From: an uncultured Verrucomicrobiae bacterium | GTDB taxonomy: Bacteria; Verrucomicrobiota; Verrucomicrobiia; Palsa-1439 | Length of the DNA: 64,000 nucleotides | Direction of reading: 5' to 3' | Assembly (NCBI GenBank): GCA_963812605.1 | Contig: CAWEWF010000014.1 | Coordinates: 512,001-576,000, forward strand | Shown: in pieces, positions 39,513 to 50,566 of the stretch | Position numbering within the stretch: the stretch's first letter is position 1 | How the letters are laid out: every line of letters starts with the position of its first letter | The notes under the pieces: generated by a model | Databases searched by the model: none | What the model was told of the DNA's origin: nothing | The model's input: only the letters and a program-made list of their open reading frames with translations | Made by a program: the position numbers and the translations under genes

Positions 39513-40847
39513 ATGGATCAGACATCGACCCTTTCTGATACGAGCGTCCTCGAGTATCCCAAGGGTTTCCGGGCTCGCCGCGGCTTGAATTGGGGATTTC
39601 TCGGGCTGCTTTATACCTCCTATTACCTGTGCCGTTATAATTTTTCGATCGCCAATCCCTACATCAGCGCGCAGTACGGATTCAATGAATCCCAAATGGG
39701 ATTGATTATCACGGCGAATCTCCTGGCCTACGCGTTCGGCCAGATCATCAACGGCCTTTTGACGGACCGGCTCGGCGGGCGGAAGGCGATGATGATCGGT
39801 GCGCTGGGAACAGTGACGATGAACTTGTTGTTTGGCGCGTCGTCGTTTTTTGGGATGCTGGGCCTATTCGTCGCCATCTGGGGCGTGAACGGCTATATCC
39901 AGTCCTTCGGCGCCCCGGGCATGATCAAGATCAACACGGCCTGGTTTGCCCATCGTGAGCGCGGCCGGTTCGCCGGTATTTTTGGGTTCATGATCAATCT
40001 GGGGCGTTTTGGCATCTTCAAACTTGAGACCGGATTGCTGGCCGGTTCTCTTTGTTTCGGTTTGGTTCATTTTGCGCCGTTGCATTGGCGCTGGCTGTTT
40101 TGGGCGCCCTCGATCATCTGTTTGATTGTCGCGGTAGGAATGTGGTTGACCGTCAAGGAAACCCCGGAAGAAGCCGGGTATACGACGCCTGGTGAAGCGG
40201 CTGTCGTTCCCGGGGCCACTGACGTACACGCCAGTATAGAGACCGTTGTCAAGGCAATCCTCTCGAAGCCGACGGTATGGGTTGTCGCGCTGGCGTACGC
40301 GTGCACGGGCGCTGTCCGCCAGGGGATTGACCAATGGTTTCCGAAATACATGACGAAGGTATACGGTCTCGACATTCGGCATTCGGGGCAATTTGACTGG
40401 ATGGCCTTTTGGATTCCGTTCGTCGCCTCCGTCGGATCATGGGCGTCTGGTTATATTTCCGACACCATGTTCAAAGGGCGCCGCGCACCCGTGGCAGCGG
40501 TCCTCTATTTTATCGAATCGGTGATCATCTTGTTGGCCGCCCAGTTTCACACGACCAACGCGACGATTGTCTTCTTTGTTCTCATTTCGCTCACGGCGAA
40601 CTCGACGCATTCGATTCTCGGGACAGCCGCAGCCATGGACATTGGCGGACGCAAGATGGCCGGGTTCGTGTCCGGTGTGATCGACAGTTTCCAGTATTTT
40701 GGCGGAAGCCTAGCTGGTCTCTTATTGGGTTGGCTGATCGACCGTCACGGCTGGGGGGTATATTTCTATTTCATGGTGCCATTTGGCGTGATGGGCGGTC
40801 TGCTGATGCTGAGCATCCTCGGCAAGGTCACGAAACCCACACATTGA
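39513..40847 (+). CDS. MFS transporter, GlpT/UhpC (OPA) family
   Basis: [36 protein letters not shown]. Confidence 0.88.
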   Translation: MDQTSTLSDTSVLEYPKGFRARRGLNWGFLGLLYTSYYLCRYNFSIANPYISAQYGFNESQMGLIITANLLAYAFGQIINGLLTDRLGGRKAMMIGALGTVTMNLLFGASSFFGMLGLFVAIWGVNGYIQSFGAPGMIKINTAWFAHRERGRFAGIFGFMINLGRFGIFKLETGLLAGSLCFGLVHFAPLHWRWLFWAPSIICLIVAVGMWLTVKETPEEAGYTTPGEAAVVPGATDVHASIETVVKAILSKPTVWVVALAYACTGAVRQGIDQWFPKYMTKVYGLDIRHSGQFDWMAFWIPFVASVGSWASGYISDTMFKGRRAPVAAVLYFIESVIILLAAQFHTTNATIVFFVLISLTANSTHSILGTAAAMDIGGRKMAGFVSGVIDSFQYFGGSLAGLLLGWLIDRHGWGVYFYFMVPFGVMGGLLMLSILGKVTKPTH

Positions 40848-40853
40848 CGGCGC

Positions 40854-41627
<774 letters not shown>

Positions 41628-41628
<1 letters not shown>

Positions 41629-43544
41629 TACTTGTAACTCCTCTGCGCCAAATGGACTTCCTCGTAAACCAGCGGCTCCTTGTTCAGCGTGGGCGCCTTG
41701 CCGACACCGGTGAACTCCCACGCCGCAACGTAGGCATACTGTTCATCGTTGCGCTGGCACTCGCCGTCCGCCGTCTGGTGTTCCTCGCGGAAATGGCAGC
41801 CGCAGGATTCATCGCGCATCAACGCGTCATAGACGAGCAATTCCGCCAATTCGAGGTAATCGGCCACGCGGCCGGCGCGTTCCAGCGACTGATTGAGATC
41901 TTCGCCACTGCCGGGCACGTTCACGTTTTTCCAGAACTCATCACGCAACGCGGGAATCAGGGTGAGGGCCTCCTTCAGGCTCTTTTCGTTGCGCGCCATC
42001 CCACAATGCGTCCATAGAATCCTGCCCAACTCCTTGTGAAAATCCGTCACGGTTTTCTGGCCGCGAATCGCCAGCAGCTTCTGGATACGTTCATTTGTCG
42101 CTTGTTCCGCCTGCTTGAACTCGGCGGCGTCCGCTTTTGGACGCGACCCCGGTTTTTGCGAAGCGAGGTAATCACCGATGGTGTAGGGGAGCACGAAATA
42201 ACCATCCGCCAAACCCTGCATGAGCGCGCTGGCGCCGAGGCGGTTCGCGCCGTGGTCGGAAAAATTCGCTTCCCCGATCACGAAAAGGCCCGGCAAGTTG
42301 CTCATCAAGTTGTAGTCCACCCACAATCCGCCCATGGTGTAGTGGATCGCTGGGAAAATGCGCATGGGCGTGTGGTAGGCGTCCTCGTGGGTGATCTCGT
42401 GGTACATGTCGAACAGATTGCCGTAACGCTCACGAATCTTGTCGGTGCCGAGTCGCTGGATCGCGTCGGCGAAATCCAGATAGACGCCGAGACCGCTCTC
42501 GCCAACGCCGCGGCCTTCGTCGCAGACCTGTTTGGCCGCGCGCGAGGCGATGTCGCGGGGCGCGAGGTTGCCATAGCTGGGATACTTGCGCTCCAGGTAA
42601 TAATCGCGTTCGCTTTCGGGAATTTCACCCGGGGGACGCTTGTCGCCCTTTTTCTTCGGCACCCAGACGCGCCCGTCGTTGCGCAACGACTCGCTCATCA
42701 GGGTGAGCTTCGATTGATAATCGCCGGTGACGGGGATACAGGTCGGATGGATCTGCGTGAAGCACGGATTGGCGAACGTCGCGCCCTTTTTGTAGGCGCG
42801 CCAAATGGCGGTGGCATTGGAGCCGCGGCCGTAGGTCGAAAGGTAATAGGCGTTACCGTAACCGCCGGTCGCCAGGACGACCGCATCGGCGGAATGCGAT
42901 GAGATTTTACCGGTGACCATGTCCCGCACCACAATGCCTTTGGCATGACCATTGACGACCACCAACTCGAGCATCTCGGAGCGGGGGAGCAACTCGACCT
43001 GCCCGAGCCCGACCTGCCGCATCAGCGCCTGGTAGGCACCGAGCAGGAGTTGTTGGCCCGTTTGACCGCGCGCGTAAAACGTCCGCGAAACCTGCGCGCC
43101 GCCAAAGGAGCGGTTCGCCAAAGCGCCGCCATATTCGCGGGCAAATGGCACGCCTTGCGCGACGCACTGATCGATGATGTTGACGCTGACTTGCGCGAGG
43201 CGATGAACGTTGGCTTCGCGTGAGCGGAAGTCGCCGCCCTTGATCGTATCGTAAAAGAGACGAAAGACGCTGTCGCCGTCGTTCTGGTAATTCTTCGCCG
43301 CGTTAATGCCACCTTGCGCGGCGACGCTATGCGCGCGGCGCGGGCTGTCCTGGATGCAAAGAGATTTGACGTTGTAACCCAGTTCGGCGAGCGAGGCCGC
43401 CGCGGAAGCCCCGGCCAACCCCGTCCCGACGACAATGATCTCGTACTTGCGTTTGTTGGATGGGTTAACCAACTTGATGCTGGCCTTGTGCATGTCCCAC
43501 TTCTGCGGGAGCGGTCCTGGAGGAATTCTGGCGTCGAGGTTCAT
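41628..43544 (-). CDS. sdhA: Succinate dehydrogenase/fumarate reductase flavoprotein
   Basis: [35 protein letters not shown]. Confidence 0.96.
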
Positions 43545-43545
43545 G

Positions 43546-44223
43546 TTATTTCACCACTCCGGCCAGTACCGCGATGGGGATTGAGATGTAACCGAGAAAG
43601 ATCAGGAGCGCCGCGGCCCTTGCCAGGCGGTCAATCATAGTGGCGTAGGCGGCGTTTTTCAAACCGAGCGATTGAAACATCGCGCTGGTGCCGTGACCAA
43701 GATGAATACAGAGCAGGCCGATACTCAAGACGTAGAACCCGGACACCCAGCAGTTCGAGAAACCAAGAACCATCATCTGATAAATGTCATGTTGGCCCTG
43801 GGCGTCCATCAGGTTGCGATACTCCGGGTGAACCACCAGCAAGGTGTAATGCGCGAGGTGGAAACAGATGAAGGCGAAAATAATGAGACCGCTCCAAATC
43901 ATGGTCCGCGAAGCGGTGCTGGCGGCCACCAATTCCTTCACTTCATACCCTGTCGTGCGCGCCGCGCGATTTTCGATCGTCAGGGAAATCGAGGCCCAGA
44001 TGTGGATAATTACGAACGCCAGCAACCCGATGCGGGCCGGCCAGAGTATCTCCGGCGTCGTTTGGAGGAAATGGCCGTAGCGGTTGATCGATTCCGGACC
44101 GAGGAAGATCTGCAGATTCCCCACCAAATGGCCGATCACGAAAAGGAAAAGCCCCGCGCCCGTGATGGCCATCAAAAACTTCTTTCCAAGCGTGGAGGTA
44201 AAAAGCCGCAGCAAAATGTTCAT
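43546..44223 (-). CDS. sdhC: Succinate dehydrogenase cytochrome b subunit (b558 type)
   Basis: [35 protein letters not shown]. Confidence 0.92.
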   Translation of the reverse strand: MNILLRLFTSTLGKKFLMAITGAGLFLFVIGHLVGNLQIFLGPESINRYGHFLQTTPEILWPARIGLLAFVIIHIWASISLTIENRAARTTGYEVKELVAASTASRTMIWSGLIIFAFICFHLAHYTLLVVHPEYRNLMDAQGQHDIYQMMVLGFSNCWVSGFYVLSIGLLCIHLGHGTSAMFQSLGLKNAAYATMIDRLARAAALLIFLGYISIPIAVLAGVVK

Positions 44224-44297
44224 GAATACAACCAAGTTGTTAATGAAATGCGGCGCAGAATGCCAGAAGTTTCTTGCAATACGCGACTGGTGTCGCG

Positions 44298-44978
44298 TCA
44301 ACGCGCGCTGGCAACCGCAATACGGTCGCGCTTCTGGCCGTAGGAAAGCTTGCGAAAGCGGCGGATTTCCGCCGTGCGGCGAGTGCGCGAGAGACCGTCG
44401 AGATGGCGCACGTAGCGTCGCGCCAATCGATTCGTCTCGTGATAGCGCTCGGCGAGCAACGGCGATTCCAGGTCCGAACGTTCCCGATCAAAGACGCAGG
44501 CTTTCAGCCAGCGCCGATCCGCAGCGGTCAGCCGCTGCGGTTTATTGAAAAAAGCGCAATACTTTTGGAGAATCAGATAGGTATCAACCTTTGCTTGCAG
44601 TTCGAGATCGCGCACGAAGGCTTCGCTATGGATGTCCAGTTTGCCGTCGCGGAATTTTAACGCGGCATGAACGGCATGGTCGAGTTCCTCGAGAAATACC
44701 ATGAAGGACAGGATGTTTTCATCGTTCAATCCACAGGCAGGATTATTCTTCTCCAGTGATTCGATCACGCTGGAATCATAATGGATTCCCAAGCGGAGCT
44801 TGCCCCCCACAATTCGCAGAAAAACGCGCCCCAAGTCGGAAATCTGCGCGGCACTGGGGCCCGCCATTTCCGACAGCGCGCGGCTGCGTCCCTGACAGAG
44901 CAGAAAATCCTCGAAATTCACCCCCGTGGGGCCGTAGGTGCGCTCCAGTAGAATTTGGACCTCGCCGAGCAGAGTCAT
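44298..44978 (-). CDS. Conserved hypothetical protein, possible zincin-like fold
   Basis: FLEELDHAVH and LELQAKVD motifs, RYHETNRLA; likely start MTLLGEVQ at 44978. Confidence 0.7.
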   Translation of the reverse strand: MTLLGEVQILLERTYGPTGVNFEDFLLCQGRSRALSEMAGPSAAQISDLGRVFLRIVGGKLRLGIHYDSSVIESLEKNNPACGLNDENILSFMVFLEELDHAVHAALKFRDGKLDIHSEAFVRDLELQAKVDTYLILQKYCAFFNKPQRLTAADRRWLKACVFDRERSDLESPLLAERYHETNRLARRYVRHLDGLSRTRRTAEIRRFRKLSYGQKRDRIAVASAR

Positions 44979-45110
44979 CCCCCACGTAATAAGCAGCTTA
45001 GGTGCCACGCGGGCTGGCCATGGAAGGCAGATAAAACAAGTGCCGCAAGTCCGTCGCTTGCATTCTGTCCGTTCTTCGTGCATAGAATGGTGTGTGGATG
45101 TGAGAACTCT

Positions 45111-45446
45111 ATGAGCAAACCGAAAATTACTGCGTGGCTGAAACCGAGTTGCGGATGGAGCAATGGCGTGCGGGCCGTGCTGCGGAAGTATGATCTTCCG
45201 TTTGACGACCGCAACGTCATCAACAACGCCGAGTACTACCAGGAGATGGTGGCAAGAAGCGGCCAGCCCCTGCAGCCAACGCTCGAAATCGACGGCCAGA
45301 TTCTTCCCGACGTGAGCGGCGAGGAAGTGGAAGCGTGGCTCATCCAAAACGGCTACGTCAAACCCAACGCAGCCGCCACCGATGTCCCGACCAACGCGGC
45401 CTGCCAGGAGCACCCGGCGCCAACGATCAAGTTTGGTCGCGGTTAG
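45111..45446 (+). CDS. Glutaredoxin-like protein (monothiol CGWS)
   Basis: KPSCGWS, RSGQPLQPTLEIDG. Confidence 0.85.
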   Translation: MSKPKITAWLKPSCGWSNGVRAVLRKYDLPFDDRNVINNAEYYQEMVARSGQPLQPTLEIDGQILPDVSGEEVEAWLIQNGYVKPNAAATDVPTNAACQEHPAPTIKFGRG

Positions 45447-45470
45447 TCCGCTAACGAACCGCAGCCGTGC

Positions 45471-45500
45471 ATCAACCATAGAGGGTTGATATTTGCTTTC
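45471..45500 (+). terminator. Possible intrinsic terminator
   Basis: atcaacc-atagag-ggttgat hairpin followed by atttgctttc. Confidence 0.4.
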
Positions 45501-45586
45501 TGCGGGATGTTTGACCATTTCTCTGTTCCAATGCTACAAGTGTGCGCGACGCGGAGCGACTGGCCGCGCCCAAATCAAACATTCAC

Positions 45587-46594
45587 ATGGCGTATCTAGA
45601 ACATACACATGTAGGGCAACACCTGTTCATTGGGTTCACGGGCGCTGAGTTGACCGCCGACATACGCCGCCTGCTGAACACGATCCAGCCCGGAGGCGTT
45701 GTTCTCTTTGCCCGCAATATCGATACGGCCACCGGATTGCGCGCGCTCGGACGCGCACTACGGACGGAATTTTCCTATCGTCCGCTCGTAGCCATCGACC
45801 AGGAGCACAATCGTGTCAATCGCCTGCGCAATATCATCGGGGAAACCCCGACGATTGCCGACGTGAAGAAAGAGGGTAATGTCGAAAGGGCCGAGGATTT
45901 TGGGCGCACGACGGGACGCTGGTTGCATCAGTTCGGCATCGACATTGATTTCGCGCCGGTTTTCGATCTCGAGTTGTTCGATGCCAACACAGACAACGCG
46001 CTACGGGAGCGTTGCTGGGGCAGGACAGCCGAGGAAGTGTTCCGTTGGGCGGGCGCGTTTTTGGAGGGACTGGAACGCGAGGGCGTCGCCGCCTGTCCCA
46101 AGCATTTCCCAGGCCTCGGGGGCTCGACGCTTGATTCGCATGAAAAGTTGCCGACCATTACGCGCACTCGTGAGGAACTGTTGGAGGAAGACGTTGTGCC
46201 ATATGCCCGACTCATGCGGCGTCTGACGGCGATTATGGTTGGACACGGGCATTATCCTGCGTTCGATGGGGAGAAGCCCCGACCAGCTTCGCTCTCGCCG
46301 ACGATCATCACCGACTTGTTGCGGAAGCAACTTGGCTTTACCGGAATCGTCCTCACGGACGACATGGAGATGGGTGCGATCCTGGAGATGGGCTCCTTCG
46401 GGAACGCCGTGGCGGAGGCGTTTCAGGCGGGGGCGGACATGTTACTCGTCTGTCATACTGCCGAAAAAATCCTTGCCGCACACGAGGCGCTGACCAAGGC
46501 GATCGAGTCCGGCCGGATCGGCTTTCAACAGCTTTTTGAATCCCAACAACGCATCCAACAATTTCGCGAGGAATGGATCGCGCACAAGATCTGA
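45587..46594 (+). CDS. nagZ: Beta-N-acetylhexosaminidase (GH3)
   Basis: LFARNI, AIDQE, FAPVFD, KHFPGLG..TLDSH, TDDMEM. Confidence 0.92.
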   Translation: MAYLEHTHVGQHLFIGFTGAELTADIRRLLNTIQPGGVVLFARNIDTATGLRALGRALRTEFSYRPLVAIDQEHNRVNRLRNIIGETPTIADVKKEGNVERAEDFGRTTGRWLHQFGIDIDFAPVFDLELFDANTDNALRERCWGRTAEEVFRWAGAFLEGLEREGVAACPKHFPGLGGSTLDSHEKLPTITRTREELLEEDVVPYARLMRRLTAIMVGHGHYPAFDGEKPRPASLSPTIITDLLRKQLGFTGIVLTDDMEMGAILEMGSFGNAVAEAFQAGADMLLVCHTAEKILAAHEALTKAIESGRIGFQQLFESQQRIQQFREEWIAHKI

Positions 46595-46600
46595 ATCCGC

Positions 46601-47293
46601 ATGAACTGGCAGGACAAGTTGAATCAGCGGATTATTCGCTGCCGGCTTTGTTCGCGGCTCGTACCGTATCGCGAACGCATCGGTCGCGAGAAGAAGCGCG
46701 AATTCCGCGACTGGGATTATTGGGCCAGGGCGTTACCAAGTTTGGGCGATCCACGGGCGCGACTGCTGATTATCGGTCTGGCTCCCGCGGCGCACGGGGC
46801 CAATCGCACCGGGCGCATGTTTACTGGCGATTCCTCGGGGCGATGGCTGTTCCGCGCGCTTCACAAGGCTGGATTCGCGAACCAACCAAGTTGGCAGCGT
46901 CGCGATGACGGTTTGAAGCTCATCGGTTCCTACATCACCGCGGTCTGCCACTGCGCGCCGCCGGACAATAAACCGTTGCCCCGAGAGATTGAGAACTGCA
47001 GCGTTTACCTCGATGAAGAGCTGAATCGTCTCCAGAATGCGCGCGTGGTGATTGTGCTGGGAAAGATTGCCTTCGACAATTATCTGAAGGGGTTGCGCCG
47101 GCAGGGTGTGAGGTTGCCAAAGCCACTGCCGCGGTTCGCACACGACGCCGTCTACCGGTTCAGCCATAATCTGCCGGCGCTGATCGCTTCCTATCATCCG
47201 AGCCGACAAAACACGAACACCGGCAAATTGACCGAACCGATGTTCGACGCCGTGTTCTCTCGCGCGCGAAAGCTGGTGGACGCGGCGAATTAA
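46601..47293 (+). CDS. Uracil-DNA glycosylase, family 5 (UdgB-like)
   Basis: CRLC, GLAPAAHGANRTGRMFTGD.SG, CAPPDNKP, HPSRQNTNTG. Confidence 0.93.
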   Translation: MNWQDKLNQRIIRCRLCSRLVPYRERIGREKKREFRDWDYWARALPSLGDPRARLLIIGLAPAAHGANRTGRMFTGDSSGRWLFRALHKAGFANQPSWQRRDDGLKLIGSYITAVCHCAPPDNKPLPREIENCSVYLDEELNRLQNARVVIVLGKIAFDNYLKGLRRQGVRLPKPLPRFAHDAVYRFSHNLPALIASYHPSRQNTNTGKLTEPMFDAVFSRARKLVDAAN

Positions 47294-47310
47294 TGCCTGC
47301 GGGCCGCCGC

Positions 47311-49005
47311 TTACTGGCCGGCTTGCAGTCGCGCCAGCCCGTTTTGAGCCACGGCGAAGCCTGGCCGGAGCTTCAGCGCCTGCTCGTATTGCGCGACGGC
47401 CTCCGGCGTGCGGCCGAGCGTTTCGAAGGCGGCTCCCAAATTACAGTGTGCTTCAGCGAAATCGGGACTAATTCGTACGGCTTGTTCCCACTGAGCGATC
47501 GCCGCCTGTGTCTCGCCCAATCGCATCAAGGCGAGGCCGAGATTATAGTGTGCGTTGGCGTAATCGGGCCAAATTCTCAGCGCCTCCTCGTAGTTCCCGA
47601 TGGCCTCCGACGCGCGGTTTAGCTTCTCCAAGGCAATTCCCAGGTTGCAGTGTGCTTCCGCGTAATCGGGAAGAATTCGCACCGCCTGCTCGTACTCTTC
47701 GATGGCCTCCTGGGTCCTGCCGGCTTGCGCGAGGGCCAACCCGAGGGTGTAGTGCCCGACAGCAAAGTCCGGGAAGTGCGTGAGCACGGTCCTAAAGAGC
47801 ACTTCGTCGTTGCGCCAAACGGGCGTCAGGGTCCGGGTACGCCATCCGAAAAAGCAAAGTTCGCCTGCCAGCAGACATCCCAGTGCAAGACGGTTGATCG
47901 TCGCGCTGCGCCGCCACGCCCAAACTACCATGCCACCCAACAACAGCAGCAGGGGCAGCATCGCCAGGTAGGCGTGTCGCGTCGCGACCGTTTGGAGACC
48001 AGTCTGTAACAGGCCCGAGACAGGCAGAACCAACGCCAGATAGGCTCCAAGCCCAGCCAACAAGGCTGGCGTGCGTTGCCCGCGCCAAATACACAGTCCC
48101 ACTATGGCCGCGACGCTCAACGCCATCGGAAAGACCGGCAACAGCCGTGATGAAGGGCCTGAAAGCAACGGATAAAATGGCTCCAGCGACGCGGGCCATA
48201 CCAGCTTCCAAGGGTAAAAGAGAAGACTCTGCACTGCCAAAAACACGCGTTGCGGCCAATGGACCACCGCCAATGGGACCATCAGACCGCCGGTGTGCGA
48301 CTCGCTGATAATGGTGACGGCCGCCATCGCCAACGCAAGGGCGATCAACGCCGCCTTCTCGCGGAGCAACGGCACCCAACCGAGTCGTTCAAACCGTCGC
48401 AGTGGAAAGTAATCAATCGCCAGCATGACGAAGGGCAACGTCACCGCCATCGGTTTGCTCAACAGTGCCCCGGCGAACAAAGTCCGCACCACCCATCGGC
48501 GCGCGCTGGAGACGTAAGCCCAAAGGCAGCCGATCCCGAACGTCGTGCAGAGCAATTGCGTTCGTCCCGACATCCAGGCCACCGACTCGACTTGCAGTGG
48601 GTGGATCGCGAAGACGGTGGCGACTCCGAAGGCCGTTGCAAGCCGCTCGCTGGTTGACAACGATGCCGCCCCCAACAGCGTCCACAGGAAACCGAAGACG
48701 AGCGCCGCGTTAAGGGCATGTAAAACTACGCTGGTCGCGTGATGTCCCGCCGCGTTGGTCCACCAAATCTGATAGTCCAGAAGGTGCGAAAGTCGCGGCA
48801 GTGGATGGTAATAGGGCTCCGTCTCCGTGAACGCCCATTTGACCGCGTCCCAGCTCAGGCCGTTCAACCGCGCCGCCTGCTGCAGATACTTGTCGTCGTC
48901 CATCCCTGTCAGGAACCCGCCTTGGACGCTGGGCCAGTGCAGCCAGAGTGCGCCCGCGAATATCACGAGGCACAGTCCAATCAATTTTGCGCGGCTGACG
49001 TTCAC
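47311..49005 (-). CDS. TMTC-like GT-C membrane glycosyltransferase with C-terminal TPRs
   Basis: DD motif after TM1, YYHPL, HPLQVESVAW.SGR, LSKP.AV.LP, RHAYL, WRN...LF, then about 4 TPRs. Confidence 0.85.
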   Translation of the reverse strand: MNVSRAKLIGLCLVIFAGALWLHWPSVQGGFLTGMDDDKYLQQAARLNGLSWDAVKWAFTETEPYYHPLPRLSHLLDYQIWWTNAAGHHATSVVLHALNAALVFGFLWTLLGAASLSTSERLATAFGVATVFAIHPLQVESVAWMSGRTQLLCTTFGIGCLWAYVSSARRWVVRTLFAGALLSKPMAVTLPFVMLAIDYFPLRRFERLGWVPLLREKAALIALALAMAAVTIISESHTGGLMVPLAVVHWPQRVFLAVQSLLFYPWKLVWPASLEPFYPLLSGPSSRLLPVFPMALSVAAIVGLCIWRGQRTPALLAGLGAYLALVLPVSGLLQTGLQTVATRHAYLAMLPLLLLLGGMVVWAWRRSATINRLALGCLLAGELCFFGWRTRTLTPVWRNDEVLFRTVLTHFPDFAVGHYTLGLALAQAGRTQEAIEEYEQAVRILPDYAEAHCNLGIALEKLNRASEAIGNYEEALRIWPDYANAHYNLGLALMRLGETQAAIAQWEQAVRISPDFAEAHCNLGAAFETLGRTPEAVAQYEQALKLRPGFAVAQNGLARLQAGQ

Positions 49006-49053
49006 TCAAACCTGAAACGATAGGGTTTTCAACCGCTCGATTGGTGCAATCGG

Positions 49054-49458
49054 TCAGTCACCCGCAGATTGACGCAGCGCCTTGATCGCCTTGCGAACAT
49101 CGGAGACGTGGGCGACGATCAACGCTTCCGATTGCAGGCTTCCTGCCGTAGCGTACAAGTAATCGATGTTCACTTTCGCGGCACCAAGCGCATCCGCGAT
49201 GCGCGCCAATGAACCCGGCCGATCTTTGGCAGGAATGCACAGCACTTTCGTTTCGCCCACGTCGAGACCTTTGCGACGCAAGACGGCCCGCGCCTTCGGG
49301 GCTTTATCCGGCACGAGACGGACGATGTTGTACTCGAAGCCGCCGGAGGCATCGATGGCGAGCAGGTTCACTTTTGCCTTGGCCAGAGCGTTGGTAATAT
49401 CGCCGAGGGTGCCCGGGCGGTTGGGCAGGATGATGGAAAGTTCGGTTCTTGTTGTCAT
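49054..49458 (-). CDS. Tandem ACT-domain protein
   Basis: LPNRPGTL and KDRPGSL; VNIDYLYA. Confidence 0.88.
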   Translation of the reverse strand: MTTRTELSIILPNRPGTLGDITNALAKAKVNLLAIDASGGFEYNIVRLVPDKAPKARAVLRRKGLDVGETKVLCIPAKDRPGSLARIADALGAAKVNIDYLYATAGSLQSEALIVAHVSDVRKAIKALRQSAGD

Positions 49459-49482
49459 GGTGATTTCTGGGATCGGCCGGGT

Positions 49483-49845
49483 TCAGTGCGTCAGGGCATC
49501 GGTAAAAGAACAGGCAACGATGGCGTTCAGGCCAAGCGCCTTCGCTTTCTCGATAAGTTCGGGGCTATCGGCGCCGGGGTTCACCCACAATTCCTCGCAG
49601 CCTTTTTTAGCGATGTCGTCGAGCACCTTGATGCCGACAGCCGCGGGTAGGTACAGGCTGATGCGATTGAGCGCCACGGGGATTTCGGCCACGGACTTGT
49701 AGCATTTCAGGCCCTCGATCGTTTCTTCCTTCGGGTTGATGGGGTAAACGTCGTAGCCCGCCCGCAAATGCGCATGGATGGATTTGTTGCTGAATTTGTT
49801 CTGATCGGCCGACGCGCCGATGATTGCCACGGTTGGTTTGCTCAT
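49483..49845 (-). CDS. CoA-binding protein (YccU-like)
   Basis: VAIIGAS, YDVYPINP, WVNPGA. Confidence 0.9.
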   Translation of the reverse strand: MSKPTVAIIGASADQNKFSNKSIHAHLRAGYDVYPINPKEETIEGLKCYKSVAEIPVALNRISLYLPAAVGIKVLDDIAKKGCEELWVNPGADSPELIEKAKALGLNAIVACSFTDALTH

Positions 49846-49852
49846 TCTTACT

Positions 49853-50566
49853 TCAGCCTCCCAAATACGATTTCTTCACTTGCTCATTCTTTATCAGATT
49901 TTCTGCCGTGTCTTCCAACACAATTCTTCCTGTCTCGAGCACATAACCGCGCTGCGCGACATGCAATGCCATGTTCGCGTTCTGCTCGACCAACAGAATC
50001 GTCGTTCCCTGGCGGTTGATCTCGCGGATGATATCGAAGATCTTCGTCACAATCATGGGCGCGAGGCCAAGCGATGGCTCGTCGAGCAACAGCAATTTCG
50101 GCCGGGCCATCAACGCTCGCGAAATCGCCAGCATTTGTTGTTCGCCACCACTGAGCGTGCCGCCGAGTTGGGTTTGCCGCTCTTTCAAAATCGGGAACGT
50201 CGCGAACACTTGCTCGACATCCGCGCGCAAGGCCCTGTCAGCAACGCGCTGGAACGCGCCCATTTCCAGGTTTTCCCGCACCGTTAGCCGAGGGAAGATG
50301 CGACGCCCTTCCGGGGCCTGCGAAATCCCACGGCGCACAATCTCATGAGGCGGCTGGTTTTGAATTGGCGCATCCGCAAATGAAATCTGTCCCTGCCGAC
50401 ACTGATTGATGCCGCTGACCGTCATGAGCATCGTAGATTTCCCGGCACCGTTGGCCCCGAGCACCGCGACGATCTCGCCCTCGCCAACGCTGAGGTTAAT
50501 CCCCTTTAGGACCTCGATGAGACCGTATCCGGAATAAACGTTCTCAAGTTGTAGCAGTGTCTTCAT
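49853..50566 (-). CDS. livF: Branched-chain amino acid ABC transporter ATPase
   Basis: GANGAGKST, PEGRRIF, LSGGEQQM, LDEPSLGLAP. Confidence 0.95.
   Translation of the reverse strand: MKTLLQLENVYSGYGLIEVLKGINLSVGEGEIVAVLGANGAGKSTMLMTVSGINQCRQGQISFADAPIQNQPPHEIVRRGISQAPEGRRIFPRLTVRENLEMGAFQRVADRALRADVEQVFATFPILKERQTQLGGTLSGGEQQMLAISRALMARPKLLLLDEPSLGLAPMIVTKIFDIIREINRQGTTILLVEQNANMALHVAQRGYVLETGRIVLEDTAENLIKNEQVKKSYLGG

Noticed and set aside
44298-45518. 406-aa ORF spanning the glutaredoxin
   Set aside because: The first about 180 codons are antisense to the glutaredoxin gene; the plausible gene starts at 44978.
47330-47760. Approximately 102-bp DNA repeats in the TMTC-like gene
   Set aside because: Explained by ordinary 34-aa TPR units.
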